From Naegleria gruberi (taxonomy: Eukaryota): DNA of 64,000 nt. The notes below the pieces were generated by a model that worked only from the letters and a program-made list of their open reading frames with translations, searched no databases and was not told where the DNA came from. Where the stretch lies: the NCBI GenBank assembly GCA_000004985.1, contig GG738859.1. The stretch is one strand, 5' to 3'. The translations under genes and the position numbers were made by a program. Of the stretch, positions 30,102 through 39,856 are shown piece after piece. Position 1 is the first letter of the stretch, and every line of letters begins with the position of its first letter.

Positions 30102-31596
30102 ATGGGCTTTTTCACTAAAAAAAAGGATAAATCACCAGCCTACGATGCTGATGCAATCAAGTGCGAAATTTCTGGGCCAACCGACTTTAAAAGGGGAGTG
30201 CATATTGAAGTTGACCTCAACCAAGGTACTTTGAAAGGTGTACCAACACAATGGAAAGATACATTTGGAGATAGTGCTCAATATGATGAAAATTCTGCTG
30301 TGAATCCAAATCTCTTACCTACAATGAGCTCATCTCAAGATAATGTTCAAGGATTTGTTATTTCAAAACCATTCGAATTCAAACATAATATTCACGTTGA
30401 CTATAACAGTGAGGTAGGTTTTATTATTATTTTGACAGTTGGTTGACTAATTTCAAATAGACCGGTTTCGTTGGTCTTCCACCAGAATGGGAAACCATGC
30501 TTAAAACATCTGGTATCACAAAAGATGAAGCTGTTCAAAATCAAGATGCTGTTTTGGGTATTTTGGACTTGGCAACTAATAATATGCAAAGACCAGATGA
30601 AGCAGCTGCTAAACAAAAACCAATTGGCGGTAAGAAACAACGTCTTGTTGAATATCTCCAAAATGAAGACCCAACTAAAGTATTTGGTAAACTCCAAAGA
30701 CTTGATGAAGGTTCTTCTGCCGTTGTTTACAAGGGTATTCACAACAAGACTGGTATGAAAGTTGCCATCAAGATTATACAGATTAAAGCTGACACCAAGT
30801 TAGAAACATTAGAAAACGAAATTGCAATGATGCACTCTTGTCAACATGAAAATATTGTAAAATACGTAGGAGCATACTCACACAATCAAGATTTGTGGAT
30901 TGTCATGGAAATGATGAGTGGTGGTAAACTCACAGATTTGTTATTGAGCACTCAATTCTCTGAACCAGAAATTGCTGCTGTTTGTAAGGAAATTTTGAAA
31001 TCACTCAAGTACCTCCACGATAATCAAAGAATTCACCGTGATATCAAATCAGATAACGTACTTCTTGGAGAAAATGGTGATGTCAAATTGGCTGACTTTG
31101 GTTTCTGTGCTGAATTATCCCAAACTGCTGATAAGAGACGATCAGTCGTTGGTACTCCATACTGGATGGTAAGTTTTCTTGTTTTAATTCAATTTTAAAT
31201 TTACAATTTTATTATAGGCACCTGTAAGTTTAGTTTTTCAATTTTATTTATTTAAATATTATTATTTAGGAAGTTATTCGTGGAGTTGATTATGACACCA
31301 AGGTTGACATTTGGTCTTTGGGTATTATGGCTTTGGAAATGGCTGATGGTGAACCACCATTGCTTGACTTGCCACCATTGAGAGCTTTGTTCATTATTGC
31401 CACTCAACCACCTCCAACTTTGAGAGAACCAGAGAAGTGGTCAAATGTCTTTAAGGACTTTTTGGCTTGTGCTCTTGCTAAGAATCCTCAAAAGAGAGCC
31501 TCAGCTGATGATCTTTTGAACCATCCATTCATTCAAAAGGCTACTGATACTAAGTTCCTTGTTGAACTCATTAAGAAGTATAAGTTGAAGAAATAA
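30102..31596 (+). CDS. PAK: p21-activated kinase (PAK/STE20 family) with an N-terminal CRIB motif
   Basis: There are four exons: 30102..30413, 30461..31168, a 6-nt micro-exon at 31218..31223, and 31270..31596. The introns are 30414..30460 (GTAGGT…AATAG), 31169..31217 (GTAAGT…TTATAG) and 31224..31269 (GTAAGT…ATTTAG). The CRIB motif is ISGPTDFKRGVHIEVD. The kinase motifs are GSSAVVYKG, VAIK, HRDIKSDN, DFGF and GTPYWM-AP-EVIRG. The full length aligns with human PAK1. Confidence 0.85.
31218..31223 (+). other. PAK: 6-nt micro-exon (GCACCT, encoding Ala-Pro) of the PAK gene
   Basis: The hexamer is flanked directly by a perfect acceptor (TTATTATAG|) and a perfect donor (|GTAAGTTT). It supplies the invariant AP of the subdomain-VIII APE motif, giving GTPYWM|AP|EVIRG. 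Splicing that skips it would delete AP from an otherwise canonical kinase. Confidence 0.7.
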
Positions 31597-31896
31597 GCAA
31601 AATATTGTACCAATAACACAGTAATCCAAATGTAAAAATTCATCAAATTTTGACAATGAGTAAAATGCACCACCAACAACAATAAATAAACCATATTTAA
31701 CCTTAAAAACATTAAAATTTCACCATTTCAATAACCAATTATGGAAAAGCTAAAGTATTCCTATATAATTTTGAGTTTATTGTAACTGTGTTTCATTTCT
31801 TCATAATAATATCAGTATTAATAGCTCAGTGTTGTGCCTTATGATTCTGGGTTTAAAATTTTTCGAAAAAGAAAAAAGAAAATAAAGTTTAAAAAA

Positions 31897-34179
31897 ATGA
31901 GCCATGATGACAATTCAAATGCTGTCGATACACAACAACAGAACGATCATCAAAATCTTCCAACCACAACAATAACAAACGACGAAAATAACAATTTTGA
32001 AAGTGTTACAACACTTAATAATAATAGTTTGGACTCGAATCAAAATTTTTCATATTCCGATAACACAAAATCCGATATTTTAGGTTTATTTGATGATGAT
32101 GATGATGAAGAGGATGATGATTATCAGGATTTGAACGAAGATGAAGATATAGAATTGGAAAATTTTGATTGGATCGATTGGGATGATATGATACTGCCTG
32201 ATGATGAGTTTGATGGTAGTTCTAGTCAAGCTAAACGAGGAAGGAAGAAATATCAAAAGTTTGAAAAACCATCAGTTTTACCTAGTATACGACCCAAAAG
32301 TCCAACAAAGCAGACAACAGCTAGCTCAAACTCTGTAAATATGTTAAACAATGTACAAATACCATCACAACCTTACCAATTTCCATTTCCACAGATTATG
32401 GCACCTCAATTATTTCCACAAAGTGGTGCAACTAAGAATTTCAACCAATTTCCAATAGTTCCTTCTACGATATTTCCAACATATGACCTGATGTTCTCTA
32501 GAGGAGTTAATTTGCCAAATGCATCAACAAGTAGTAATGTTGTGGCATCTTCATCTAATGCATCTGTTCCAACTCAATCAAGCCCATCAAGTCCTCCTTC
32601 TTCCTCTAATAATTCAATATCCAGTATATTCTCATCCCAAAGTGTAATATCAGATGAGCAAATGAAGGAATTGCAATATCAAATTCAAACACATACTCAA
32701 TTACTGTTTTATAACTATTTCCTATCAAGTTTTAATCAAGAATTAAAGGAATTGAACAAGAAATTCAAAAATCTCATCACTTCCTATTTAGTTATCAAGA
32801 AAGAGGCTGTAAATAACAAAATGAGAAAATTATTATATTTATTTAATGTTTCTAAAGACGTTAAAATTGTAAATTTATTAGATGGATCAAAGAAGGTTAC
32901 TCTAACCGAAAATTCATTCACTCCAAACGAAAGAAACGAAGAAAGAAATGTTGAAGAATGGATTGAACTGCTTACTACCTCAATACTGGATGTGGAAGGA
33001 ATTGATTCAATGGATATATTTATTGATTTTGACTATTCTTTCTTTTATATCAACAATCAAATTAATTGGGAATTATTTGTAAAATTTTTAAAACCTTTCA
33101 AGTTATTTTCAAATCAAAGCTTGTTAGCAGAAATACAGGAGAGTATTTACTACTTGAATACAACTGCAGAAAGAGGAATAGGATCTAAAAGAATGGTTTT
33201 TACAATACCTGAGGATAATTTACTCTTGATTGGCCTTAAAAAACATTGGAAACCTGGAACAACAATTAAGTGGGAAAGAATCAGAGATGAGTTCGTTCCA
33301 AACAAGTCATCGAAACAACTAAGAGTCAGATATAAAAATATGATAGGGAAAAGAGCAGCATCTCTAGAGTTTAATCCTTTCAAAACGTTCAGAACTATTG
33401 CAGAAGAAACAAACCAACAACATGAAGGTAGTGGTAGTACCAAAAAGAAAGATGATAGTCAAGTAGATTATTCATATTTATTCGAGTCAATCAAACTTTT
33501 TAAAATAACAAGCAAATTAACAAGGAAAGAGATTCCAGTAAGTTACAAAGACCTAAGCAAAATACACACCTATGTACCTAGAGATAATATTTCTGAATCA
33601 GAGTCAGATTTGGACCAAACAAAAGATACAGGCGAAAAGAAGAGAAAGAAGAATGAAAAAATCAATCCAAAGAAAAAGAAGAAACAAGATACAGAGGATA
33701 TAACATCCCTTGAAAATAATTTATTAACCACAGAAAAGATAGACCAAATAGTAGCAGTTCAACCACAAGTAGAAATTCCACCTATTATTGAAAATCCAAT
33801 AATTGAACAACCAATTAATCCATTGAATGAAAGTAGTCTCAGTGAAGTATTTTTGAAGCCTGATTTGGAGTTATCCACTTCAAAGATACTACCATTCGAA
33901 GATGTTGGATCGATTGACTCATCTTCTGATGAAGAAGATAATGTACATCATGTAGAAAAGGATTCTGAGATTATTCATGATGGAATAGTACACAAATTTA
34001 CATATGAGGACGATAGGCATATTTTGGTTACTCTTCAAACTAAGGGTCTTCAAATTGGAACGTTGATTGTTGGTGATGAATTTGATAGTGTTTTACTTGA
34101 TATTGCTAAGGAATTGAGTAGATCAAAACAAGTTATCAAAGCAAGATACAATAAGATTATCTCAATTAATAAGAAATAA
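31897..34179 (+). CDS. N/S-rich nuclear protein with a Myb/SANT-like domain
   Basis: The ORF is counted from its first ATG, which is in frame with the ORF-track start at 31834. It has an acidic DDDDDEEDDD tract and a SANT-like block FTIPEDNLLLIGLKKHWKPGTTIKWERIRDEFVPNKSSKQLRVRYKNM. Its stop is 13 bp from the stop of the convergent ULK4 gene. Confidence 0.55.
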   Translation: MSHDDNSNAVDTQQQNDHQNLPTTTITNDENNNFESVTTLNNNSLDSNQNFSYSDNTKSDILGLFDDDDDEEDDDYQDLNEDEDIELENFDWIDWDDMILPDDEFDGSSSQAKRGRKKYQKFEKPSVLPSIRPKSPTKQTTASSNSVNMLNNVQIPSQPYQFPFPQIMAPQLFPQSGATKNFNQFPIVPSTIFPTYDLMFSRGVNLPNASTSSNVVASSSNASVPTQSSPSSPPSSSNNSISSIFSSQSVISDEQMKELQYQIQTHTQLLFYNYFLSSFNQELKELNKKFKNLITSYLVIKKEAVNNKMRKLLYLFNVSKDVKIVNLLDGSKKVTLTENSFTPNERNEERNVEEWIELLTTSILDVEGIDSMDIFIDFDYSFFYINNQINWELFVKFLKPFKLFSNQSLLAEIQESIYYLNTTAERGIGSKRMVFTIPEDNLLLIGLKKHWKPGTTIKWERIRDEFVPNKSSKQLRVRYKNMIGKRAASLEFNPFKTFRTIAEETNQQHEGSGSTKKKDDSQVDYSYLFESIKLFKITSKLTRKEIPVSYKDLSKIHTYVPRDNISESESDLDQTKDTGEKKRKKNEKINPKKKKKQDTEDITSLENNLLTTEKIDQIVAVQPQVEIPPIIENPIIEQPINPLNESSLSEVFLKPDLELSTSKILPFEDVGSIDSSSDEEDNVHHVEKDSEIIHDGIVHKFTYEDDRHILVTLQTKGLQIGTLIVGDEFDSVLLDIAKELSRSKQVIKARYNKIISINKK

Positions 34180-34192
34180 ATTGATAAATATT

Positions 34193-37100
34193 TTATTCAG
34201 CTAATAACTTTTTGATTGATGTTGCAAGAGTAAGTAGTGATTGATTTCCAATATCTGAGACTTTGTTGACTGCAACCATCAACATGTCTTCTCGTTTCAG
34301 TTTTGCTATCATCTTGGAATTACTTTGGCAAATAATTAGCAAAATGTTAAGCATATAATTACAAATTCTAGTCACACTCTCATCAATTTCATTAGTTTCC
34401 TCGAATGAATTTACATGATTGAGAAGAATTTTACGGATGAGTCCCAAAACTTGTTGTGAAAATAATTGTTCATGAGTTGAGGAATATTGTTGAGCCAATA
34501 GGAGAACAACATGACATGCTGACTCAGCTATGGTTAAATCTTCATGAGAACAGAGTTTCATGAAAACTTGAAGGTTGTCAACCAATGCTTCATTGTTTTG
34601 AACCAATGTTTCAGCTGCTTGTTTAGAGTCATCTCCCTTATTCTTTGAAGAATGAACAAGTTTTGCTGCCTTATATAAAAGATTGTCGACTATACCTAAA
34701 CAAGGTTCAAAGAAAGTATCTACACCATTTTCAAAGGCGTACTTCAAAACAGCACTCAATTTTGTGATTATACCAAGCTTGAAGAGTTGATCTGAAGTCA
34801 AAACTTCTGCATTTACAACCTTCAAAATCAATCTAACATTGTGTACGTTGTTATTTCTATGTTCTAACTCGAAGAATTCAAACAGCTTTGGAATTATATT
34901 AAAGTGGTGAATAACACCAATGAAGCCTGGGTTGTGTTCAGCAATGTTATTCAATAACTTTAATCCATACAATGGAATAGGGTCTTGATCATCCAGTATT
35001 TGTTTGTACTTTGGCAAAACATTCTTTACGATGAAATCATTAATTTGTTTTGTACACTCGTGGTTAGGATCTTCAATACTATAAACATTCTTATCATTCA
35101 AGAATTGAACAAGAATATCAGTGAAAATCTTCAAACACAAGAATCTCACATCACCATTAGAATTATTGAGCATATCTACTAATGATGGTAACAAAGAATT
35201 AACAACAACTTTGTGGAAGGAAGCAGTGGTTGGCTGTCTTGAAAGGGCTTCAATAACCAAAAGTATAGAGTTGGAAGATTCTTCAGTACCTGACTTGGAT
35301 CCTAATTGAGTCAAAAGTTTTGATAGTTGGAGCAAAACGTTCTCTGTTATCATCTTTTCGCTCAGGGAAGGGGTAGTCATTACGAGCAAAACAAATTCAA
35401 GAGTCTTGTTTTGATTTGCTGCAGATGTTGATGTCATACCCTTATCAAGTTGTTGGGAGACTTGTTGAAGAAGGGTTGGAATCATTTCAGCAATACTATC
35501 AAGAACTCCAGCCATACATGTCTTGACATATTGTTCCTTCTCTTTGTTCATCATTCTATCCAAGCAAGCACATAGCTTTGGACCGAAATTCTTCACGATA
35601 AATGTTGGATTGCTCTTTGAGATGATGAAATATGTAATAAGAGCCTTAGCTCTGATTGTATAATTAGAGTGATCAACTAAAGAGGATAAGCTTTCTTCAA
35701 ATGCTGGATCTTCTATTAATTGTTTGCATTGCTTAGTGTTGCTATCAGTCAAAATTGCAAGATTAATAATATTGACTGCAGATTGTTGAACTCTAATATT
35801 ACTGTCCTTTAAAAGAGCAGCAATTTTCTTTGGCGTTATTAAATCAATAAGTTGTGAAGAAAGATTGGACTTATTTCTTGACATTCTAGAAAGTGATGAG
35901 ATAGCACTTCCTCTCAAGAATTCATTCTTACTGGTATTGAAAATTTGGAGAAGGGAAGAGATACAATCAATTGTGGCAAACTTTTGAGAGTATTGAGGAC
36001 TTTGGGCAGCAATATTTTCAATTGTTTTTGTGGCATAATGTTGAACAACTTCATCAGCATACTTAAGACTTTCAACAACTGTACTAACAATTGATACAGG
36101 TAAATCAACAAGGGTGATTTCCTTTTGATTTTGGGAAGGAATCTGTGTAGCAACATAGAACACCAATTCTCCTAAGCAGGCCAGTGCTCTTCTCTTTACC
36201 TTTACACCATTGTCCTTCATGACAAGTTCTACAAAGACGTCGAATATTTCATTATTAAGGAGATCTCCGGAAATGTATGTTGCATGTCTTACCAAAAGAC
36301 CAGTAACAGAACATAATCTAACTCTGAGCATTGGAGACTTGTAAGCTCTTAGCATTTTAATGAACAACTTCATCAAGGAGCTGTTAACAAGCAAGTTAGA
36401 TGATTGGGTATCTGTGCAAAGTGTTTCAAAATAGCACAAACAATTCAATTTCATAGTATTGTCTCCATTTCCTCCAAGAGCTTTGTAAATTTGAGTAAGG
36501 AATCCTTCCAGCTCTTTTTGAGGCATGTTTAAAACCTTCTTGAGAGGATGAGGTTCAAAAGGAAGTTTAGTTTTGTCGAACTTTGGACTAGTAACTTTTT
36601 CAATTCTGGAGTTCATGATAATTGGTTTGACATAGGTGTCGGATTGGTTGAACATTAATTTTTGAACTTCTTGGATGGAAAGTTTGATGTTAGCGATATT
36701 TGATTGGGAGGTAGATCTTCTGATCATTGGTTCTCCAGTTGGTTCCTTAGAACTATTTCCTCTTGTTTCTGAGGAATCACTAAAACCTTGTTCTTCGTCA
36801 TCTAACTCTGCCTTCTCTTTAGAAAGTTCATCACCACTATCTCCATCGGATTCATCGAAATTATATTCAATATCTGTGACTTTCTTAGTGGATGGTTTTT
36901 CTGAAGATCTTCCATCATAACTAGGACCCAACTCTTTTTCAAGATTGGATTGGACAATCTTTGAAAGTCTCATTACATTCTCGCTTTTTGAGGTTTTTTG
37001 GGAAGAAACAACCTTAACACTATTCAGATAAACAGGAGAAGGAGCTAAATATTTTCTTAATTCTTCTGGAGGTGGTGCTGCCTTTTCTCTCCAAAATTTG

Positions 37101-37973
37101 TGATCTCTTAGGTCATCCCATGAAATTCTATCTGTTGGATGTTTTTGTAATAATGATCTAATAAGAGAATTCAATTCTTCACTACAATTTTCCAAAGGCT
37201 TCAATTCCGAGTTCAAAATTAATTCCATAGTTTGTTCAGGTGTCGATCCAACATAAGGAGGTTGTCCAGAAGCCATCTCATAAAGAATACATCCAAGAGA
37301 CCAAAAATCCGAGTAAATTGAATGGATTCCTCCCATCAATAATTCTGGAGCTGTGTAACAAAGAGTTCCTCTTTTAAGTTTACCATCATTTACAGTTTTA
37401 TCAGTCGATGGTGTTGATGTAGCTAAACTTTGATCAATGTCCTTCATTAATTTAGATAATCCAAAACCACTTAATTTTAAAATACCACAACCATCAATAA
37501 GGATGTTTGAAGGTTTTAAATCACAATAAACTACACCTCTTGAATGAACATATCTACAACTCGTTAAACTATCCGCTTCATATAAATTTACTTACTGAAG
37601 GCCACTGATGATATCCAAAGCAAAAAGATGAATTGTATCTTCGGGAAGTTTATGATCTTGACTTAAAACTGTCATTAAATCTCCAGTACAAAATTCTACA
37701 ATAATCCAATAATGATTCGTTGTTTCATACCAACTATAAAATTTTAATACATTTGTATGAGAAAGCATATTCAAAACTTTTGCCTTAAATTTGTTATTGT
37801 TTTAAATAAAATTATTGTATGATGGCGGAACGTACCTCTGTAAACACCTTTTGTTTATGGTGTTTCTCTATACATTTTACAGCAGCATATTCTATAGTTT
37901 TTCTTTTTCTACCTTTATAAACTACAGAACTGCTACCCTTTCCAATCTCTTCGTAGATTTGAAAGTTATCCAT
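34193..37973 (-). CDS. ULK4: ULK4-like Ser/Thr (pseudo)kinase with C-terminal HEAT/ARM repeats, about 1228 aa
   Basis: There are three exons: 37973..37836, 37783..37596 and 37553..34193. The introns are 37784..37835 (GTACGT…TTTAAG, 52 nt) and 37554..37595 (GTAAGT…TTGTAG, 42 nt). [34 protein letters not shown] matches human ULK4 [80 protein letters not shown] matches [75 protein letters not shown] matches [28 protein letters not shown]. DFG is replaced by GFG and HRD by YCD. Confidence 0.85.
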
Positions 37974-38065
37974 TTTTTTTTAAACCTAATTTTTGCGCCA
38001 AAATCGTAACAAGTCAAAACATCAAGTTTGAATCTTTTGCATTTGATATACAATGATAATATATA

Positions 38066-39808
38066 TTAGTCTGTTGTTGTTGGTTTATTAGTAGCCTTTT
38101 CTCTTAAAATTTGATTGACTAAAGATGGTGATGCATTACCCTTCGAAAGTTTAATCACTTGTGCAACTAAAAATTGGAATACATTTTCCTTACCATTTCT
38201 AAGGTTTCCAACTTCTGTTGGATGTTCAGCGATAATCTTATCACATAACTCTCCAATAACATTCTTGTCTGTTATTTGTCTCCAACCATTCTTTTCTGCA
38301 ATATCCAGTGCCATCTCTCCACTCTTTTCATCAAACATTATCTTGATAATCTTCTTTGCCATTTTACCAGAGATATCTTCATGTTGAATAGCTTCAACAA
38401 TCGATCCAATTTGAATATATGATACAGGACTATCACTTAGTGTGATTTCAGATGCATTGAGTAAACCCATAAGCTCACTAGCAATCCAGTTAGCAACAAG
38501 TTTTGGATTCAATTTAGATGACCATCTAGAATCATGCAAAATTGTCTCAAAGAATTCAACTCCTCCATTATTGGTCAATAAAATATTGGCATCATAGAAA
38601 TTCAAATTGTATGGTTCACTTGTCAACTTTTCGACAATATCATCAGGAAGAGATGGAATAGTAGTTTTAACAGATTCAACATAATCTTCAGTAAGTTCTA
38701 CATATGGCAAATCTGGATCTGGGAAGAACTTGTAGTCTGGAATATTTTCCTTACTTCTTAAAAGTAAAGTTTCTCCCTTTTTGGCATCAAATGTTCTGGT
38801 TTGTTGTTCAATTTTTTGTCCATTTGTCAATAATTCGATATGTCTCTTGATTTCAAAATCAATAGCACGAGGAATATTGTTAGCACTGGAAATATTCTTG
38901 ACTTCACATCTAGTACCACTTAGTGGGTGATCACCAGCTGATGCATTGTATACTGATACGTTAACATCACATCTCAAACTACCTTCTTCCATATTACCAT
39001 CACATGTTCCAATATGTCTCAACATGAATTGAAGTTTTTTAACAAATAATTCAGCCTCCAAACTTGAATTCAAATCTGGATAGGTAATAATTTCCATCAA
39101 TGGATTACCAGCTCTATTTAAATCAATTAAGGTATTATCCAAATCATGAACAGATTTACCAGAATCTTGTTCAACTTGAATACGAGCAATTCTAATATAC
39201 TTTGGTTTATATGTACCATCTCCTTGTGGAATGTCAATTCTCAATTTACCTTCAGAAACTAGAGGATAAAATTGTTGAGTAATTTGATATCCAAGTGGAA
39301 GATCAGGATAAAAGTAATGTTTTCTGTCGAATTGAGAGTATAAATTAATTTTTCCTCCAACAGCTAATCCAGTCTTAACTGCTTGTCTGATACAGTATTC
39401 GTTCAATGAAGGTAAAGTACCAGGAAAAGAAGCATCAAACAAAGTGACATTTACGTTTGGCATGGAGTTTGTAAACTCTGTTGAACTTGTTGAAAAGAGT
39501 TTGCTCTTAGATTTAATTTGAGCGTGAATTTCCAATCCAATAACAGGTTTATATCCTTTTAAAACACTTTCATCTCCACTTGTGTGTAAATACTTCTTGT
39601 TTGTGTGCATTTCATGTTCTCTTCTTCTCTTTTCCTTGATAGTTTCCGTAACATGAACAGTTTTATGATATTGTCTTGAATTTAGTGATGAAATATTATT
39701 AAATAAAATAGAAGATTGTTTTGGTAGACATGTTTGCACACATTTCGATGATGATGACTTGACAGAGTTTCGGGATGAGTATTTAATGCCTTTGATAATT
39801 GCTCGCAT
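38066..39808 (-). CDS. GATB: Glutamyl-tRNA(Gln) amidotransferase subunit B, mitochondrial (GatB/PET112)
   Basis: This is a single 580-aa ORF with an R/S-rich N-terminal presequence. The GatB catalytic core is KPVIGLEIHAQIKSKSKLFS…. The C-terminal GatB/YqeY domain is …NLRNGKENVFQFLVAQVIKLSKGNASPSLVNQIL. Its ATG is only 48 bp downstream of the CLEC16A stop on the same strand. Confidence 0.85.
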   Translation of the reverse strand: MRAIIKGIKYSSRNSVKSSSSKCVQTCLPKQSSILFNNISSLNSRQYHKTVHVTETIKEKRRREHEMHTNKKYLHTSGDESVLKGYKPVIGLEIHAQIKSKSKLFSTSSTEFTNSMPNVNVTLFDASFPGTLPSLNEYCIRQAVKTGLAVGGKINLYSQFDRKHYFYPDLPLGYQITQQFYPLVSEGKLRIDIPQGDGTYKPKYIRIARIQVEQDSGKSVHDLDNTLIDLNRAGNPLMEIITYPDLNSSLEAELFVKKLQFMLRHIGTCDGNMEEGSLRCDVNVSVYNASAGDHPLSGTRCEVKNISSANNIPRAIDFEIKRHIELLTNGQKIEQQTRTFDAKKGETLLLRSKENIPDYKFFPDPDLPYVELTEDYVESVKTTIPSLPDDIVEKLTSEPYNLNFYDANILLTNNGGVEFFETILHDSRWSSKLNPKLVANWIASELMGLLNASEITLSDSPVSYIQIGSIVEAIQHEDISGKMAKKIIKIMFDEKSGEMALDIAEKNGWRQITDKNVIGELCDKIIAEHPTEVGNLRNGKENVFQFLVAQVIKLSKGNASPSLVNQILREKATNKPTTTD

Positions 39809-39856
39809 TTTTTTAATATTTGAATTTAATAATTAAAATAATATTAAATTATTTAT

